DNA of 64,000 bases from Utricularia gibba (GCA_002189035.1 NEEC01000007.1:1674001-1738000), one strand, 5' to 3'. Positions 46,573 through 60,640 are shown, counted from the first letter of the stretch. Numbers and translations: made by a program. Notes: a model not told the origin generated them from the sequence alone.

Positions 46573-48309
46573 ATGAAACTCTCTAAATCAATCATTCTCA
46601 GTCCAGGCCGCGCCGCCGGGGACGGCGCCGGTTCCCAGGTGACACTTTCTTCTACTCTCAGCCGCCGACTCCGTGCCAACGGAAGCATCAAAGGCGGGGG
46701 TGGCGGAGGCAAGTCGTCGCCGTTTTTCTCTAAGAAAAGAGGGAGTTCGTTCGAGAATCCGGAGCCTTCTTCTCCCAAAGTCACGTGTATTGGGCAGGTG
46801 AGGGTCAAGACGAAGAAGAAAGTGAAGAAGCAGAGCAGGAGCCTCTCGAGAAGGCACAATGGGGATGGGAGTTTCCGCAAATATGAGCAGGGTGAAGATA
46901 GGCCTCCTTCTTCAATTCGCTACTCATCCATCGGAGTACCCAACTGTTTGCCTCCGGCGGAGTGTGCATCTCACCGGAATCAGAGATGGGTCCATCTCCC
47001 TGTGTCTGTATGCGAGGCCTTGTTAGCGTTCCGCGCCGATTTTACTTGTTTCAAGGGTTCTTGTTTCTCAAATAAGGATGAGATCCACGATGGATCTAAT
47101 GAAATTGGATGTGGGTCTGTTTTTTCACGGTGGTTGGTTTCTTTGAACGACGGCGAAGGGGGTCCTCAGAGGGAGATTGAATTGGTGGTTGGCGGCGGCG
47201 ATGAGCCGGAGGGGGAGGTAAGGAGAAGCACTCGGAGACATGTTTTCGAGGATCTTGAGGTGAAAGATGGGAGAATCCAAGTTAGAGGTCAGTGCTTTGT
47301 CGGAGAAGATGAAACTGCAACTGTCAGCATCTCGATTCCTCCAAAGAACGCTCTGTTACTCATGAGATGCAGATCTAATCCAATGAAAATGGCTGCCCTC
47401 ATGAATCGCCTCAGTTGGGAAGCAGAAGCACCCACAGTCGACATTGAAGAAGAAGAAGAAGAAGAATCAAATAAACAAGAGCAGCAACAGATGCACTGTG
47501 AATATGGTGACGAGAAAAAAGAAGCCATCTTGGATATGGAAGTTGAGGAAGATGAAGATGAAGTTGAATCCAATATGTCTTCGTTTGAAGCATTGCTGAT
47601 ACAACAGAACCCAGAAGTTTGTCCGAACGAGGAGGAAGTACAAGAAGAAGACTCTGTATCAACAACTCCCCATTCAAATTCATTCCCGGCAGATGAAGAA
47701 ATCGAGGAAACCGATACAAAATTGGGAACCAGTAATGAAGAAAATGCGCAACAAACAGGGACCCAAATCACAGATTCCATAGAAGAATCGAAGAAAGATG
47801 GAGGTCCAAGTCTACCAGAATGCTTGCTACTAATGATGTGTGAGCCAAAACTATCAATGGAGGTGTCAAAAGAAACATGGGTATGCAGTACGGATTTCAT
47901 CCGGTGGTTGCCGGGGCGGCCTCAGCGACCGGCGAAGGCCTCAAAAGACGACGGCTGTTGTCACGAGCAAGTTAAGAGGAGGTTTAGTATGGATTGGAAG
48001 GCTAAACCCACCAACAGCCACACCAATGCCGCTGCTGCTCCGGTACCTGAGAAGAACGACTCCCTTCCACCGCAACCTCCGCCGCCGAAAGCGCCGCAAC
48101 AGCCTGCTAGGTCGTCGTGCTCCTCCTTGACGGCGAATATGATTGAGCGGAAGCTGGCGAGTGGCGTCGGGGAAGAGCCGCTGGTGCTGAAAAGATGCAA
48201 GTCAGAGCCAATGAGAACGGCCGCGGCTAAGCTGATGCCGGAGTCCTGCGCCATGGGGAAGATGGAGGTGGAGCCTCATAGGCGAGCCGCTGCCGGGGTG
48301 GGGTTCTGA
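46573..48309 (+). CDS. HCF243: HCF243-like (AT3G15095-family) protein, single exon, 578 aa
   Basis: LSRRLR..GS, EPSSPKVTCIGQVRVKTKK, PPKNALLLMRCRS, LPECLLLMMCEPKLSMEVSKETWVCSTDF, RCKSEP, C-terminal GVGF. Confidence 0.75.
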   Translation: MKLSKSIILSPGRAAGDGAGSQVTLSSTLSRRLRANGSIKGGGGGGKSSPFFSKKRGSSFENPEPSSPKVTCIGQVRVKTKKKVKKQSRSLSRRHNGDGSFRKYEQGEDRPPSSIRYSSIGVPNCLPPAECASHRNQRWVHLPVSVCEALLAFRADFTCFKGSCFSNKDEIHDGSNEIGCGSVFSRWLVSLNDGEGGPQREIELVVGGGDEPEGEVRRSTRRHVFEDLEVKDGRIQVRGQCFVGEDETATVSISIPPKNALLLMRCRSNPMKMAALMNRLSWEAEAPTVDIEEEEEEESNKQEQQQMHCEYGDEKKEAILDMEVEEDEDEVESNMSSFEALLIQQNPEVCPNEEEVQEEDSVSTTPHSNSFPADEEIEETDTKLGTSNEENAQQTGTQITDSIEESKKDGGPSLPECLLLMMCEPKLSMEVSKETWVCSTDFIRWLPGRPQRPAKASKDDGCCHEQVKRRFSMDWKAKPTNSHTNAAAAPVPEKNDSLPPQPPPPKAPQQPARSSCSSLTANMIERKLASGVGEEPLVLKRCKSEPMRTAAAKLMPESCAMGKMEVEPHRRAAAGVGF

Positions 48310-49105
48310 AACCCAACCGAGACACGCCGCGCCAGTGCACCACCCATTTACTACACAGTCCTTTCTGTTCCCAAGGCGTCCTTAGAATTATCTCCTCTGT
48401 GAATTTGCCCCCCTTTTCCTTCCATGTTGCATGGGTCTTCTTGACTCATACAATAAAACCTTTTACCAATATTCGCTTTCATTCACAAAATTAACCATGG
48501 TTAAACTAACTCCATTCAAAGTAACCATGGTGAGGTTATTGCCTATCAAAAACACGGATATACTATAAAAATAACCACCTTCTCTTGAACATGATAAAAT
48601 TAATCCTCGTATTTAAGAAAAATTGATCATAGTATATGAGATATTAAAATATTTTTCTAGATAATACTAAAAAACGCGTGTAAATTAAAAATGTACATGA
48701 TTTATACTTCAAAAACTTAGCAATTCAGAATTATTCTTATTTTTAAAAAAATTATAAAAATTCAACTTCTATTTCATACTAATAAATGATTTCAAGAAAT
48801 TATACTCAATAGAATCTTATATTATAGGACATTTGAAATTATTCAATTAGATTAAGGTTTGGTAAAATGTATATGATTAGTTATTACGTCATAAAAACCG
48901 CCAAAAAGAAACACACAAACATGGGTGAGGCGACTGTAACAGTGGCTTGCCAGCTCCTATTTTAACAGCAGTCAAAATTCGGGCCGTCGATTCCACATTT
49001 ATTGACGGTGGAGATGGGATGTATCCATCGGTCCCCTACAGCATGGCCCCTCTCCCCTGTGCTTCATCTTCTAACATACTCTGCATACTACTAACATGGT
49101 GCACA

Positions 49106-49633
49106 TTAGCACTCCTGGCGCACCATAATCGCCACAGCTCTCGCCCACGTCTTGATCTGGGCTTTGATCTCCTCCCTCGAAGTTTCGCTTCCCCACCGGA
49201 GAAGATACGCGCCGTCGTGCCCTTGCCATGCTTCCGAGAGATACGGCTTCCCGGTAGTATTCCTTTCATGTACATTGCTCCTCTTGTTGGTGCGTAAACC
49301 TGGGAGTATGCTGATCACTTTTGGACACAGCTCTTCCTCGCGGAACTCGAATCCCAGATCCCTAAACCCTTGAAGTTCCTCGATTTCCAGATCGTTTAAA
49401 CTCCTCTGCGGCTTGATCTCCCTCGATCCCTAAACCACAAAAAGATTCAGCTTCTTTCTCTACTGTGCAACCAAAGTGAGCCATCGAAGTACCTTTGCAG
49501 AACGAGATATGGCGAAAGCTGATTCCAAACAAAACCCGGCTTCTTCGTCATATACTCCGGGACCTGGAGGGAGAGCCGCAGAGAGCGCGGTGGTCGGAGC
49601 GGGAGTGGAGTTCCCAAGGGCGAGCTCCTCCAT
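49106..49633 (-). CDS. DUF1685-type small plant protein, 2 exons
   Basis: Exons 49633-49493 and 49429-49106. Motifs RSLNDLEIEELQGFRDLGFEF, SILPGL, PYLSEAW, IKAQIKTWARAVA. Confidence 0.8.
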
Positions 49634-51219
49634 CGCTGCGGCGGCTCTACGACGGATCAGATAGAAAGTGGGAAAAAGCATCCAAGCGCTTGGTATATAT
49701 AGACGTGGAGTTGCCACAATACAACATGGCGAGTCAATTATGTCGAGTACTAGCCCATGCTAGATCTCAAATGTCATTTCACTATAAAAATGGTGTATTT
49801 CAAATTTTTATTTCGGATTCAACTTATAGAAATATATGTCACATCATTAAAATATATTTATCATAGATAAAAAATTCATGTGATTTCAACCACCGCCTAA
49901 GTAAGTATTGATTAGGGCTCAAATGCACGTTATCCGTCCTAAACATAAATCTACTACGAAAAATTACTGCATTTTATTATTAATATTTCATTTTGTTGAA
50001 AAAGAAAAGTAAGTCGGCATTGGTATTGGAAATTATTAAATAATGAATTAAATGGTGATAAAATGGTTGTCTCACAAAGCTGCCAGATGATATGACTTGG
50101 GAGCCATGTGGGATTAGCGAGACATGTGCGCCATCCCCACCGCCACCACAACTTATTGCTGTCAGGTCCCTCTCTTGTCCGGACATTTCATACTGCCCCT
50201 CCGATTTGTACCTAATTACACAAACATCTCCTCCGCTGTCTTCATCCTTCCAACTTGCAAGGAGACAGACGCACTTACGTTTGGACCAAATTGGATCCGA
50301 ATCCAACGTGCGTATCCATCTACCGGGTACTGGGCGTGTTCGGGTTGCCCCGATTCATTTTCACCATTAATTTTAAAATAATTAATTTGGTATTTTCAGG
50401 GTGCATGCCCATCCCATATGCATTGCTTCTCTATGTGGAATCACAATCACTTTCGGTGGATCCAAATCTTTGATATGAAAATGGCCATATGCTCCCATTT
50501 AAAATTTGATATCGATGCCTTTTCACGAGTATATATATGAGTGAGTCATTTAAAACTATGATTCAGTTATTTAAAATCGAAAACATTGAAGTTTCTAAAT
50601 TAAGATTCTTATGTATATGTTTTTTAAGAATTCACCAAGAGTAATGAAGAGAAAATGATAGTTTCTAATTGATCATAATGTATATTTATATACGTGAACT
50701 TATTAAATATAATTATGAAAAAAAAAATCTATATTATGGTAATGTACCATATATGCTAACTAACATATACTCTAGCATATATTATATTAATGTAATATAT
50801 ATATTATACCACCATATTTATGGTAATACATTATAATAACAATTTCGAAAGATACATTCTACACTCTTCTCAAACCTTGTTTTATTTTCATTAGAAAATG
50901 AGGAGCATAATAATTGATAATACAAAATTTTCTCATTATAATTTATTAATTAACGTAATTCATTTTTAATTAAGGTAATTTATAAATTTTTTCATTTATA
51001 AGAATGCGTCTAGTGTTGGGCCGCCAATTTCTAACGGGCCGTGCAGGCTCGCTACGTAGAATGAAACGTGGTCACTGGGGGTAAACGCGCGTTGTGCGTC
51101 GCACGTTTTGATGCTTGTTCTCTAGGGTTTTCTTGTTTATGTCTGCTGAGTAATCTTGCACCTGTTAATTTCGCTGTAGGACATTAGAGTGGTTTGTTAC
51201 GATCCAAATTGGCGACACT

Positions 51220-53132
51220 ATGGGACGGAGTGGATCTTCATCGCGACGAAAATCGTTGAAGAAGAAACGGAAGAGTGGCTCCAAGGTTCTACATATTCTA
51301 TCGGTTTTTGGGGGTTCTGATTTTATAGATTGCACTCTGAATGTATTTGAGATAGATGAATTTTGTATTTTGCTTTGGAAATTCCTTGTTTCGAGCCATT
51401 ACTTTTCGAGAGTGAAAGTTAAATTCTGAAGCCTATGTGGAAGAATCTTGTTATCTTGCTATTTAGGCTTCGAATGTGTGTGATTCCTGTTGAGTTTGAG
51501 TAAATTTTGGATTTTGAACGTTTGCAGAAGAAAAGTTGGAGAAAGGAATCCAAGAGGCGTCGCCATGATTCGGTTTCTTCTGGTTCTGGTGGTGATTTGT
51601 CTAGTCTGGTGCGACGGGAGAAATCTTCACGCTCGAAGTCTGGTTACAAGATAAGGAAACGAAAGCATAGGAAGCTTCGAAGTGACCATTCAAGTTCATC
51701 TGCGTCTGATGATTGTTCTACATGTTCAGATTCAGGCTCTATGTCCTCAATTGAGAAAAAGCACAGACGCAGGAAGTCCAGAAAAGCAGGTGGGCGTCCA
51801 AAAACCAACATGAAAACACTTCGTAAGAGAGATTCCAGCTCGGACAGTGATTCAGATGAATACCGTTCCAGGAAAAGAAAAAAATTGGATGCGGATCATG
51901 TTATTAAGAAGAGCAAGAAATCCTCAAAGAAGAGGTCCAAAAAGTATATTACTGATACCTCAAATTCGGATTCCAAAAGCTGCTCCACATGCCGGAGTAG
52001 AAGTAGTAGCATTGCCGAAGATGGAAACACTCAAGGGGAGAGGAGAATATTTGACGATAATATGGAATTCCCAACTGAGATGGAGTGTCAGGGGCGTTGG
52101 GAAACACCTAATTATGAGTCCCCAAGCCGTTCTTCTCATGAAAAATCGATTGATCATTCTGTTAGTGTAGCGCACGATGGTATGGCAATATTTGCTTCAG
52201 CCAATTCCAGGCGTCTGAGGTCAGTCATTGTTGTTCCTGATCAGCATCACAGTGAAACGGAGCGGGAAGAGAATTCACCCAGGAGCATCTACAGTGATGA
52301 AGAGCGCGATAAAACAGGATCAGGTGACCATCATGTAGAAACGGGGAAATCCATCCATGGCCATGCATCTGGCGATAATAGTAATGAGGAAATGGGGAAT
52401 CCTATCACTGTTTCTTCAGCTGAGGATGATACTGAGACTATCTTGAGGAAAAGAGCCCTGGAGAATTTTAGGAAATTCAAGGCTGATTTTCGAAGCACTC
52501 AAACGTGTCAACAAAAAAATAATGGACATGCGGTATGTCCTCCGGCCACCACAAGGACCGCTGAAACGCAGCACACAGATGCCATCCAGGGTGCTCCCGG
52601 TTCTTCTGACCTGAAACATTTAGCGGATCTCATGTCGGCAAAAGACAACTCCGTGACAGCTGATATTCAAAAGTCAGCTTATAGCGAACACACTAGAAAA
52701 GATCCCACGAGTATACCCTCAGTCCAGGCATCTTCAGATGCTCCTCTGGAGAAACCGGACGATGCAAATACTGCTAAAAAAGATCCCACAAGTATACCCT
52801 CAGTCCAGGCATCTTCAGAAGTTCCTCTGGAGAAACCGGTCGATGCAGATACTGGTGGATCTGCTGCAACTGAACCATCTCAGGTGCGTAACACAGAAGG
52901 GGACAAATCGAAGGATGGCTCCCAGTTTGAACAGAAAACCATGACAGTGATGCGGGGAGGAGAAATGGTAGAGGTATGATCGATCAACTGAACCATCTTC
53001 CACTTGTAACCTCTATTTCATGTCCCTATGTTCCATTTTGATTTATTCCGTTGGTCCTTTTCTCAGGTGAGCTATAAGGTTTACATACCCAAAAAGCCAC
53101 CGGCGCTAGCCCGAAGACATCTTAGACGCTAA
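51220..53132 (+). CDS. Uncharacterised Ser/Arg/Lys-rich nuclear protein with conserved C-terminus, 3 exons
   Basis: Exons 51220-51285, 51528-52973, 53067-53132. Motifs RRLRSVI, ILRKRALENFRKF, SQFEQKTMTVMRGGEMVE/VSYKVYIPKKPPALARRHLRR*. Confidence 0.8.
52698..52859 (+). repeat. In-frame 81-bp tandem duplication (27 aa x2)
   Basis: KDPTSIPSVQASSDAPLEKPDDANTAK / KDPTSIPSVQASSEVPLEKPVDADTGG; units start at 52698 and 52779. Confidence 0.9.
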
Positions 53133-53391
53133 CAGTAAGACCAAAGAAGCCTGAGCTTTTGTTGGAGATGATCAACCTACAGGCAGTTTTGATTGTTTAT
53201 TAACATGAATGTTATTCGAAAATCAAGCTCATGATCAATTTTCAAATGGATCCTGCCCTTCGGGTCATGAAATGTATTGTTTAGTAAGCTTAATGTAAAT
53301 TTTTAAGGCCATGTTGTACAAATCTACGGACGACCGTACAAAACCGAGCTAACAAGTAACAAAAAATTGAAATTACCAGTCGTGGTTTTAT

Positions 53392-53440
53392 CCAATGGGA
53401 TGTTGCCATGTGTGTTCCGTGACAATTATTCGTGACGTGG
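53392..53440 (+). promoter_or_regulatory. ER-stress elements upstream of calreticulin (ERSE-like plus UPRE core)
   Basis: CCAAT-N9-CCATG at 53392-53410 (one mismatch to ERSE CCAAT-N9-CCACG) and TGACGTGG at 53433-53440. Confidence 0.55.
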
Positions 53441-53556
53441 CGTGAGCTTATAGGCCCACATCGAATTGTGCACTGGGTTGGCTCTGTATGCTGCTTCCAG
53501 AAACCCCACTATATATTCCGCGTCACACTAAATCCGGACATTTCTCAAGGATAGCA

Positions 53557-56461
53557 ATGGCGGCTTCTCCGAGGAGATTGCAGTCCTTGATCTCTGTAGC
53601 GGTTCTTGTCTCTCTGTTTCTAGATGCATCGTTTGCCAAAGTGTTCTTCGAGGAGCGTTTCGATGGTGTGTGTTTCTGTTCAATGTCAATTGGTGCATTT
53701 ACCTTGGGTTTTAGTGGTTTATAACGCAATGATGGGTTCTAGATTCTTGACTTCATTATCCTTGCGTGAGGAATGTGTAATGCTTGAATATTATTTGAAA
53801 TGGGCTCTGATCTTGATAGATCTACGATCGTATGTGGTGGTAGTCGGTTGCTCTTATTAAATTGGTGTCAATTTTGTGCTTTAATGTTGTTATGCTGATG
53901 TGATGTATGCAACCCGCTTGATATGGATGACCCTGTGCTTTCAATTCTTGCTTGAATGCTTATTTTTTATTTCGCAATATCGCGACTTGCCATTCCTTTT
54001 CATCATTTTTGTTAGCATTTTTATTTTCAATAATTGAGCTAATTCGTTTTGCAGCTGGTTGGGAGGATCGGTGGGTCAAATCTGACTGGAAGAAAGATGA
54101 GAACACGGCTGGTGAATGGAATTATACATCCGGAAAGTGGAATGGAGATCCTGAAGACAAAGGTAACTTTTCCGTTCGTTGTTAGTGTAGTTCAGGTAGT
54201 ATTTGTTTGATCGACTTAGTTTCTGTTGATTTTCTTACTTATTTCACTATGATTCTTTCTTTTGAGGATTGAACCAAGTGACAAACAAACTTTATTTACA
54301 TAGGTATCCAGACAAGTGAAGATTATAGGTTCTATGCCATCTCTGCTGAATTTCCCGAGCTCAGCAACAAGGATAAGACCCTAGTCTTCCAATTCTCTGT
54401 AAAGCATGAGCAGAAGCTGGATTGTGGTGGAGGGTACATGAAGCTACTAAGTGGCGAGGTTGATCAGAAAAGTTTCGGTGGTCACACACCGTACAGGTTC
54501 GTTATCTTTTTCACTTCGTTGTTATTATGCACTGAAAGGGAGTGAGCTGATATATTGTCGTTTTGATTGAATGCAGTATCATGTTTGGACCTGACATTTG
54601 TGGCTACAGCACCAAAAAGGTCCATGCTATTCTAACATACAATGGCACAAATCATTTGATCAAAAAGGATGTTCCTTGTGAGACTGACCAGCTGACGCAT
54701 GTCTATACATTTATCCTTCGTCCCGATGCAACATACAGTATCTTAATTGACAATGTTGAAAAGCAATCTGGTAGCTTGTATGCTGACTGGGATATTCTTC
54801 CTCCTAAAAAAATAAAGGATCCCGAAGCTAAAAAGGTATCAAGGCATGATCCTATGTGAATTCGGAAATTACATTGTCTATTTGTTGTATAATGCATGAT
54901 CCTATGTGAATTTGATTTGACAGCCTGAAGATTGGGATGATAAGGAGTTTATTCCCGATCCTGAAGACAAGAAGCCCGAGGTAAATGAAAGTGGATGGGT
55001 TTTTAAATAAAAATGATTTGATTCCCTGGACACTTTAGCATGCTTTCGAGAAACTGATATATCATGTTACTGCTAGGGTTATGACGATATACCAAAGGAG
55101 ATTCCAGATGCAGATGCCAAGAAGGTATAGTAGTCAAAGGGTCCTGATGTGTTATCCAAAGCGAGGTTTCAACCTGGTACTGAAAATTATTTGTTACATC
55201 CAGCCCGAGGACTGGGATGATGAGGAAGATGGTGAGTGGACTGCTCCAACTATTCCTAACCCCGAGTACAAGGGTCCCTGGAAACAAAAGGTTGTTCTGA
55301 TTTCTTTATATTTCTGTCTCAATGTCACCTACTCTATTCAAGCGATTTTATGGTAGTTATCCTTCACTTATCCAGAAAATTAAGAATCCCAACTACCAAG
55401 GCAAGTGGAAGGCACCCCTGATTGACAACCCAGGTAGTTTTTTTCACTAAATCTTTTATTGTTTGAAATAGCAGGTAGTGGAATTCTTTCAGAAAATAAC
55501 AAGCTACTACTGATGGTCTATTCGTTAATTGAAGTTGTTAGATTCACTGAGTTTGTGCATTCCCCACGAATGATTCAAGTTTTGAAGTTGGTATACGTTT
55601 GCTGCAATGATTCTTCTTGTGTTGGAGGAAACATTGCTTTTTTTTTTTCTGAGACGGACGAAGTAGTTATATCCCAATTCGTTGGTTGCAGACTTCAAGG
55701 ATGATCCTGATCTGTATGTTTTCCCGAACTTGAAGTATGTAGGCGTCGAGTTGTGGCAGGTATGCAGCCTCTGTGTTTAATTTGCCTTGGAACAATGAAT
55801 GGTGTGGATTTTGATATTTCATTGGTTACCATCTAAGTAAGCACTCGATGTTTGTTCAGGTGAAATCTGGAACCCTGTTTGACAATGTTTTGGTGACTGA
55901 CGATGCCGAGTATGCTAAGAAGCTAGCGGAGGAGACGTGGGGCAAGCATAAGGATGTACGTTGTGTTATAATCTCATTTTCTCCTCTCCGTTTGAACCAA
56001 TACTTTCATTGTTTTTGAATTTTCTTGCCGATATCAATACTTCAGGCCGAAAAGACCGCTTTCGAGGAGGCAGAAAAGAAGAGGGAAGAGGAGGTATGAA
56101 TAACTCAACTTGGAACCCTTCTTTCATAGACTCCATCTAACATGAACAAAAATCCATTTTCAGGAGTCCAAGGATGATCCGGTTGATTCCGATGTAAGTG
56201 ATTGATTCTTCTTATCGGAGTCTATTTTACAAAGTTTTTTCCTGATGATGATTGAATTTGTTTCTAGGCCGATGATGATGAGGATGATGACGCCGGTGAT
56301 GAAGCTGAAGACGCCACCAAAACAGAGCCATCGAAAGATGATCAGGAACACGATCATGTAAGGGTGACAGCAGCTACGCTCAAGTCTTGTTGAATGCGCA
56401 TAAATTTCACACCATCCTCATCACATGCTGATTGCATTTCCATTTGCAGGACGAGCTATAG
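53557..56461 (+). CDS. CRT: Calreticulin (CRT1/2 class), 14 exons
   Basis: Signal peptide, [33 protein letters not shown]-domain repeats PEDWD, acidic tail, HDEL split by the last intron (CAT|GAC GAG CTA TAG). Confidence 0.97.
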
Positions 56462-57110
56462 GGATGGACTCGTAGGCTTTCCTTCCAATGAGAGCATCAG
56501 CTGGTGTAGCTACTTGCCGGAACAAGCATTTTCGATCTCTAGGCCTTTTTTAAAACTGTAACTTTTTTGAACACCTTGCCGGTGCATGGAAAAATAATCC
56601 CCTCCCTTCCCACCTAATGCCATCCCCAATCATCGGTCAACTGATGCATTCATGCACTCCACAAACGCCGAGTATCGCTGCCACCACTGTAGGGAGCAGG
56701 AGCCTATTTGATCGACTGAATCTACGCAATACAATTGTTAGTTTTTTTTTCTTATTTACAAGACAGTGATAACGGGATTTAATCTGGTAAAGGGACAAAC
56801 GAGCTTTAAAAGGCAGTTGACACTCAAGTGCGGCAAACCCCAGGACTACACAGGAAGAGTCATGATGAACAAAAACGTGCTTTTTAACCTTGTGCTGCTG
56901 GTTGTGCCTCTCAGTTTACATTCACTTTCACCTTAGCAGTAAAATCCAATTAACGTACTCGGATTTACCAAACGCTAATAACCGGATACGACAATCCTGC
57001 TAAGCATACACTGCGCTTTCCAAATGAAGGCACGGGCCATGATGGAAAGGGGGAGGAGCAGCTGCCTTTTCTTCTCGGGCTGCTTCCAAAACCGAAAGGA
57101 AATGAAACCC

Positions 57111-59247
57111 TTAGAACCCGAAGAAGCCAAGCTCGCTCGCCTTCTCTTTCTCGAAGGTCTCGAAGTACTGGTAAATGATGGTCACTGCCAGAAGAATTCC
57201 TGTACCGGAACCGATTGCGCCCATGAGATCAGCCAGAACCGTCAGTGCACCAATGCACATACCCCCAAACGCTGCTGCAGTTGGGATGTAGCGGTTCAAC
57301 TCTTTCTGCAAGTTTGATTCTCGATGACCAGGCATCACCATTTGTTGTTCCTAAAAATGTTGAAAATTTGAATTGACGTTTTACAACTGAAAACATAAAG
57401 TTAAGCATAAACTACAAAAACAAACCTTGAGCTGCTTTGCGACATCTTTAGCTGATGATCCGGAGACCTCGATCCACGTTTTGGAGAACAAAGCACAAGC
57501 AGATAGCATGAAGACGATGTAAAATAGTCCATGAAAGGGGTTGGCCCATAAGTCAGATAAGCTACATGACAGTAGGTATTAATTAACACAGAGTTAGTAA
57601 AGCCAATTCAAGACGCTAAGGGGGCGGTTGGTTGGGATTTCAGCTTCTAAGAAAGAATACAGAAATATCACACACTATCAAACTAGACACCCCTTGAACA
57701 ATCAATAGGAAAAAGGTGAAAATTGAGCAAAGTAAATTGCCTTGATGGAGCAGTTATATAGTAAGCCAGGCCTCCAACAGGAATGGATTGGCCAGAGTAT
57801 TCAGATTCCTTCCATTTTCCCAAGAGGTTCACGAGAAAGTTTCCACTGTATTTCCTGTACAACAGCTGTTTTTTTCGACCCAAAAAATTAAAAATTCATC
57901 TTCTCACACAATTTTAAATAAAACATTCTGCAGACTCAGGATGACGACAGTTACCTGGGAAATGAAATACAGATTGGTCACAAGCGCCGACTGAAGAATA
58001 ATGGGCATGTTGGATGTGTAAAATAGCTTAATGGGATATGACCCTTGTTGTCCACGTGCATTCTTAGACCTCACGGGCAAAACAACCCGGAAACCTTGGA
58101 AGTAAATTACTATAAGGAAGACCAAGACTGTCGCAAGCAAGTTGGTAACATTTGGAAGATTTTGTCTATAGAATGCTTCTCGCAAAGCACGGACCTTGTC
58201 TGTACGCGTTATAAGTAAGTGGAATAAAGCAATGACAGCCCCTTCAAATTCAGCACCTCGACCACTATTAATAGTCGTAGGACTAAATGCCTTCCAGATG
58301 ATGTTTTCACTGAAAACAGACAACTCGCATTTGCTCAGAAAATTACTGCATCTTTTTGGCTAAAATTTTATTGATAGAAATTCAAGAAAATAGGCGCTTA
58401 CCAAATGTTGGTAGCAATGAAAAGTGAAATTCCAGATCCAAGACCATATCCTTTCTGAAGAAGTTCATCCAGGCAAATTACTATGATACCAGCAAAACAC
58501 AATTGCAGAATGATAAGGATCGCATTGCCAACTCCAAGTTGGCCAACGCTCCCATACATTCCAGAAAGAACATAAGCAACAGCTTCACCAACAGCTATCA
58601 AGATGCCCAACAGCTTCTGCGCCCCATTGCTGGGTCAAAGGAAATAAACTAGCATTTTTAGGACAGAAAAATAGTAAAAGGTTTCCAAAATGAAGAAGAC
58701 CAGAACGGGATCTACTTAGAAACATATATTTCTAAATTCAAACATACATTCAATTACACAATAATGTGCAACAATTTTTAAGATAATTTCTCAGAAAAAG
58801 CAAATAGTTGAAGATCACATCTCTCCGGATCATTAACACAACCAAATTAAAACATCACTTGCATCATGCCAACTCATATTTCAATTTTTTCCAAATAACT
58901 TACAGAAGAGCACGGTCCTCGCGGACATTGTTGTCAACCTCAATGATCTTTGAGCCAGCTAAAAGCTGCATAACCAATCCAGATGTAACTATTGGAGTGA
59001 TACCGAGTTCCATCACAGTGCCCCTATTGGATGCGAGAATAACACGCATCCAATAGAAAGGATCTGCCCCAGTTGTTGAGTGGATTCCATAAAGTGGAAG
59101 CTGACTGCAAACCAGGAAAATGAATAGGGATATCACGGTGTATATGACCTTCTCCCTAAACGGAACTTTACGGTCAGCACTCTGGACCTCAGGCAAAAAT
59201 GACAGGAAAGGGCGGACTAAATGGAGTACACGAAACCCTCCCCCCAT
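57111..59247 (-). CDS. SEC61A: Protein transport protein Sec61 subunit alpha
   Basis: [106 protein letters not shown]. Confidence 0.97.
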
Positions 59248-60015
59248 TATCACTTGATCTTAGATACTGCAAGGAAAGTGAATACATAATCAGTAAAACA
59301 CGGATACAGAGGCAAAATCTATACTAATCATATTGTAGAGCTTAAGGCTTTTGAATTTCCCATGGTGTGTTTTAAAACTAATAAACCGTGCAGAAAACAA
59401 GTATTTCTAAAAAAATAAAACAAAACAAATCCCTATGAACAACAAAGCAACCAAAGCAGTAACACTAAACCAATGACGCGGCAACGCACGCCCTAATTAC
59501 CACCGGCATACGGGATAAAAACAATTGTGCTTAATGACAGGGGAAAACAATCAAGCATGACCGGCACAGGAACACTGGGAGGGTGGAGCGACAATCAACA
59601 TTCTTTGCATGTCCTGAATCCATATAATTCCACATCTTTCAATCAAAATTCTCAGTCCCGTGAAAAAATACACGCAAAGAAAATAATATATGAATCGCTT
59701 ACCCATAAAACATAGAAAACCGGAATAAGAATTTCAAATCAACCAAATATGAAGAATTGGGGGGAAATTACATTATTCATTGGATCTGAAAACTACGATC
59801 ATTCATATCACCTAATACTTGGAAAAAAAGTCACAATAAATGACAATCCGTACAATTTTGCTAATCATGCAGAAAACGACGATTGCCGCCAGGAAAAATA
59901 TCTTACCGGAGTCGGAAGAGATGTAGCGGAGAATGCGATGGACGCTACGAATATGAAATGAAGACTGGAGCGTTGACTAAATAGAAACCCGATGTTTCAG
60001 GCCCGCAATTATTGA

Positions 60016-60136
60016 AGCCCAAATATTGGGCCATGTGGATATATTCTAATTGGGCTCGATAACTTAAATGAGGAGACCCAGCCCCAAATGATCTATTTAG
60101 AATGGGCCCGAGTCCACTATACGTTGCAATTGGGCC
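60016..60136. promoter_or_regulatory. Site II motif cluster in the divergent Sec61a/PP2C promoter
   Basis: AGCCCA 60016, TGGGCC 60027, TGGGCT 60051, TGGGCC 60103, TGGGCC 60131. Confidence 0.55.
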
Positions 60137-60640
60137 TCGCAACCGTTGGGAGATTCTGCTTGCATCATCGTCTCAATGATTCCATCCTGTAAAAGACACC
60201 GATTCCGTGGGCGGTGGACATCACGAGCTCTGTGTCCGCTACATCGGTCTTTCTCTCATCTGATGTATGTGTAATTTTCATGTTTGGTGGACGGTTTCCA
60301 AATACCGATTGGAGCAAAACGCCACCATCAGAAACTAGTGGGATGCGTGTCATCGTTTCACTGGTTTATTCAAATGGTAATCAATGCTCCCGATAAACAC
60401 GTTTGTGGGTCGCCGCGTATGCAAATTCATGGCTGAGACCAGTGCGTCCCGATAAACACGGCTGATGTAAACTCTAGAACAGGGGTGGCGCCAATACGTG
60501 TAGAGGGTTGCAGAAAAATGCGGGATCACGTGGCGACACCTCGGTCGCTCCTTGTCTTGTTCTTTCAAATTTGTCTCCCTGGAATAATCAAATACCCATC
60601 AATTTCCCTGCTTTAAACATTGATGGCATTGGTTTCGATC

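Noticed and set aside
54844-54912. 19-bp direct repeat GCATGATCCTATGTGAATT in calreticulin intron 4
   Set aside because: A small local intronic duplication with no sign of function or of a TE insertion.
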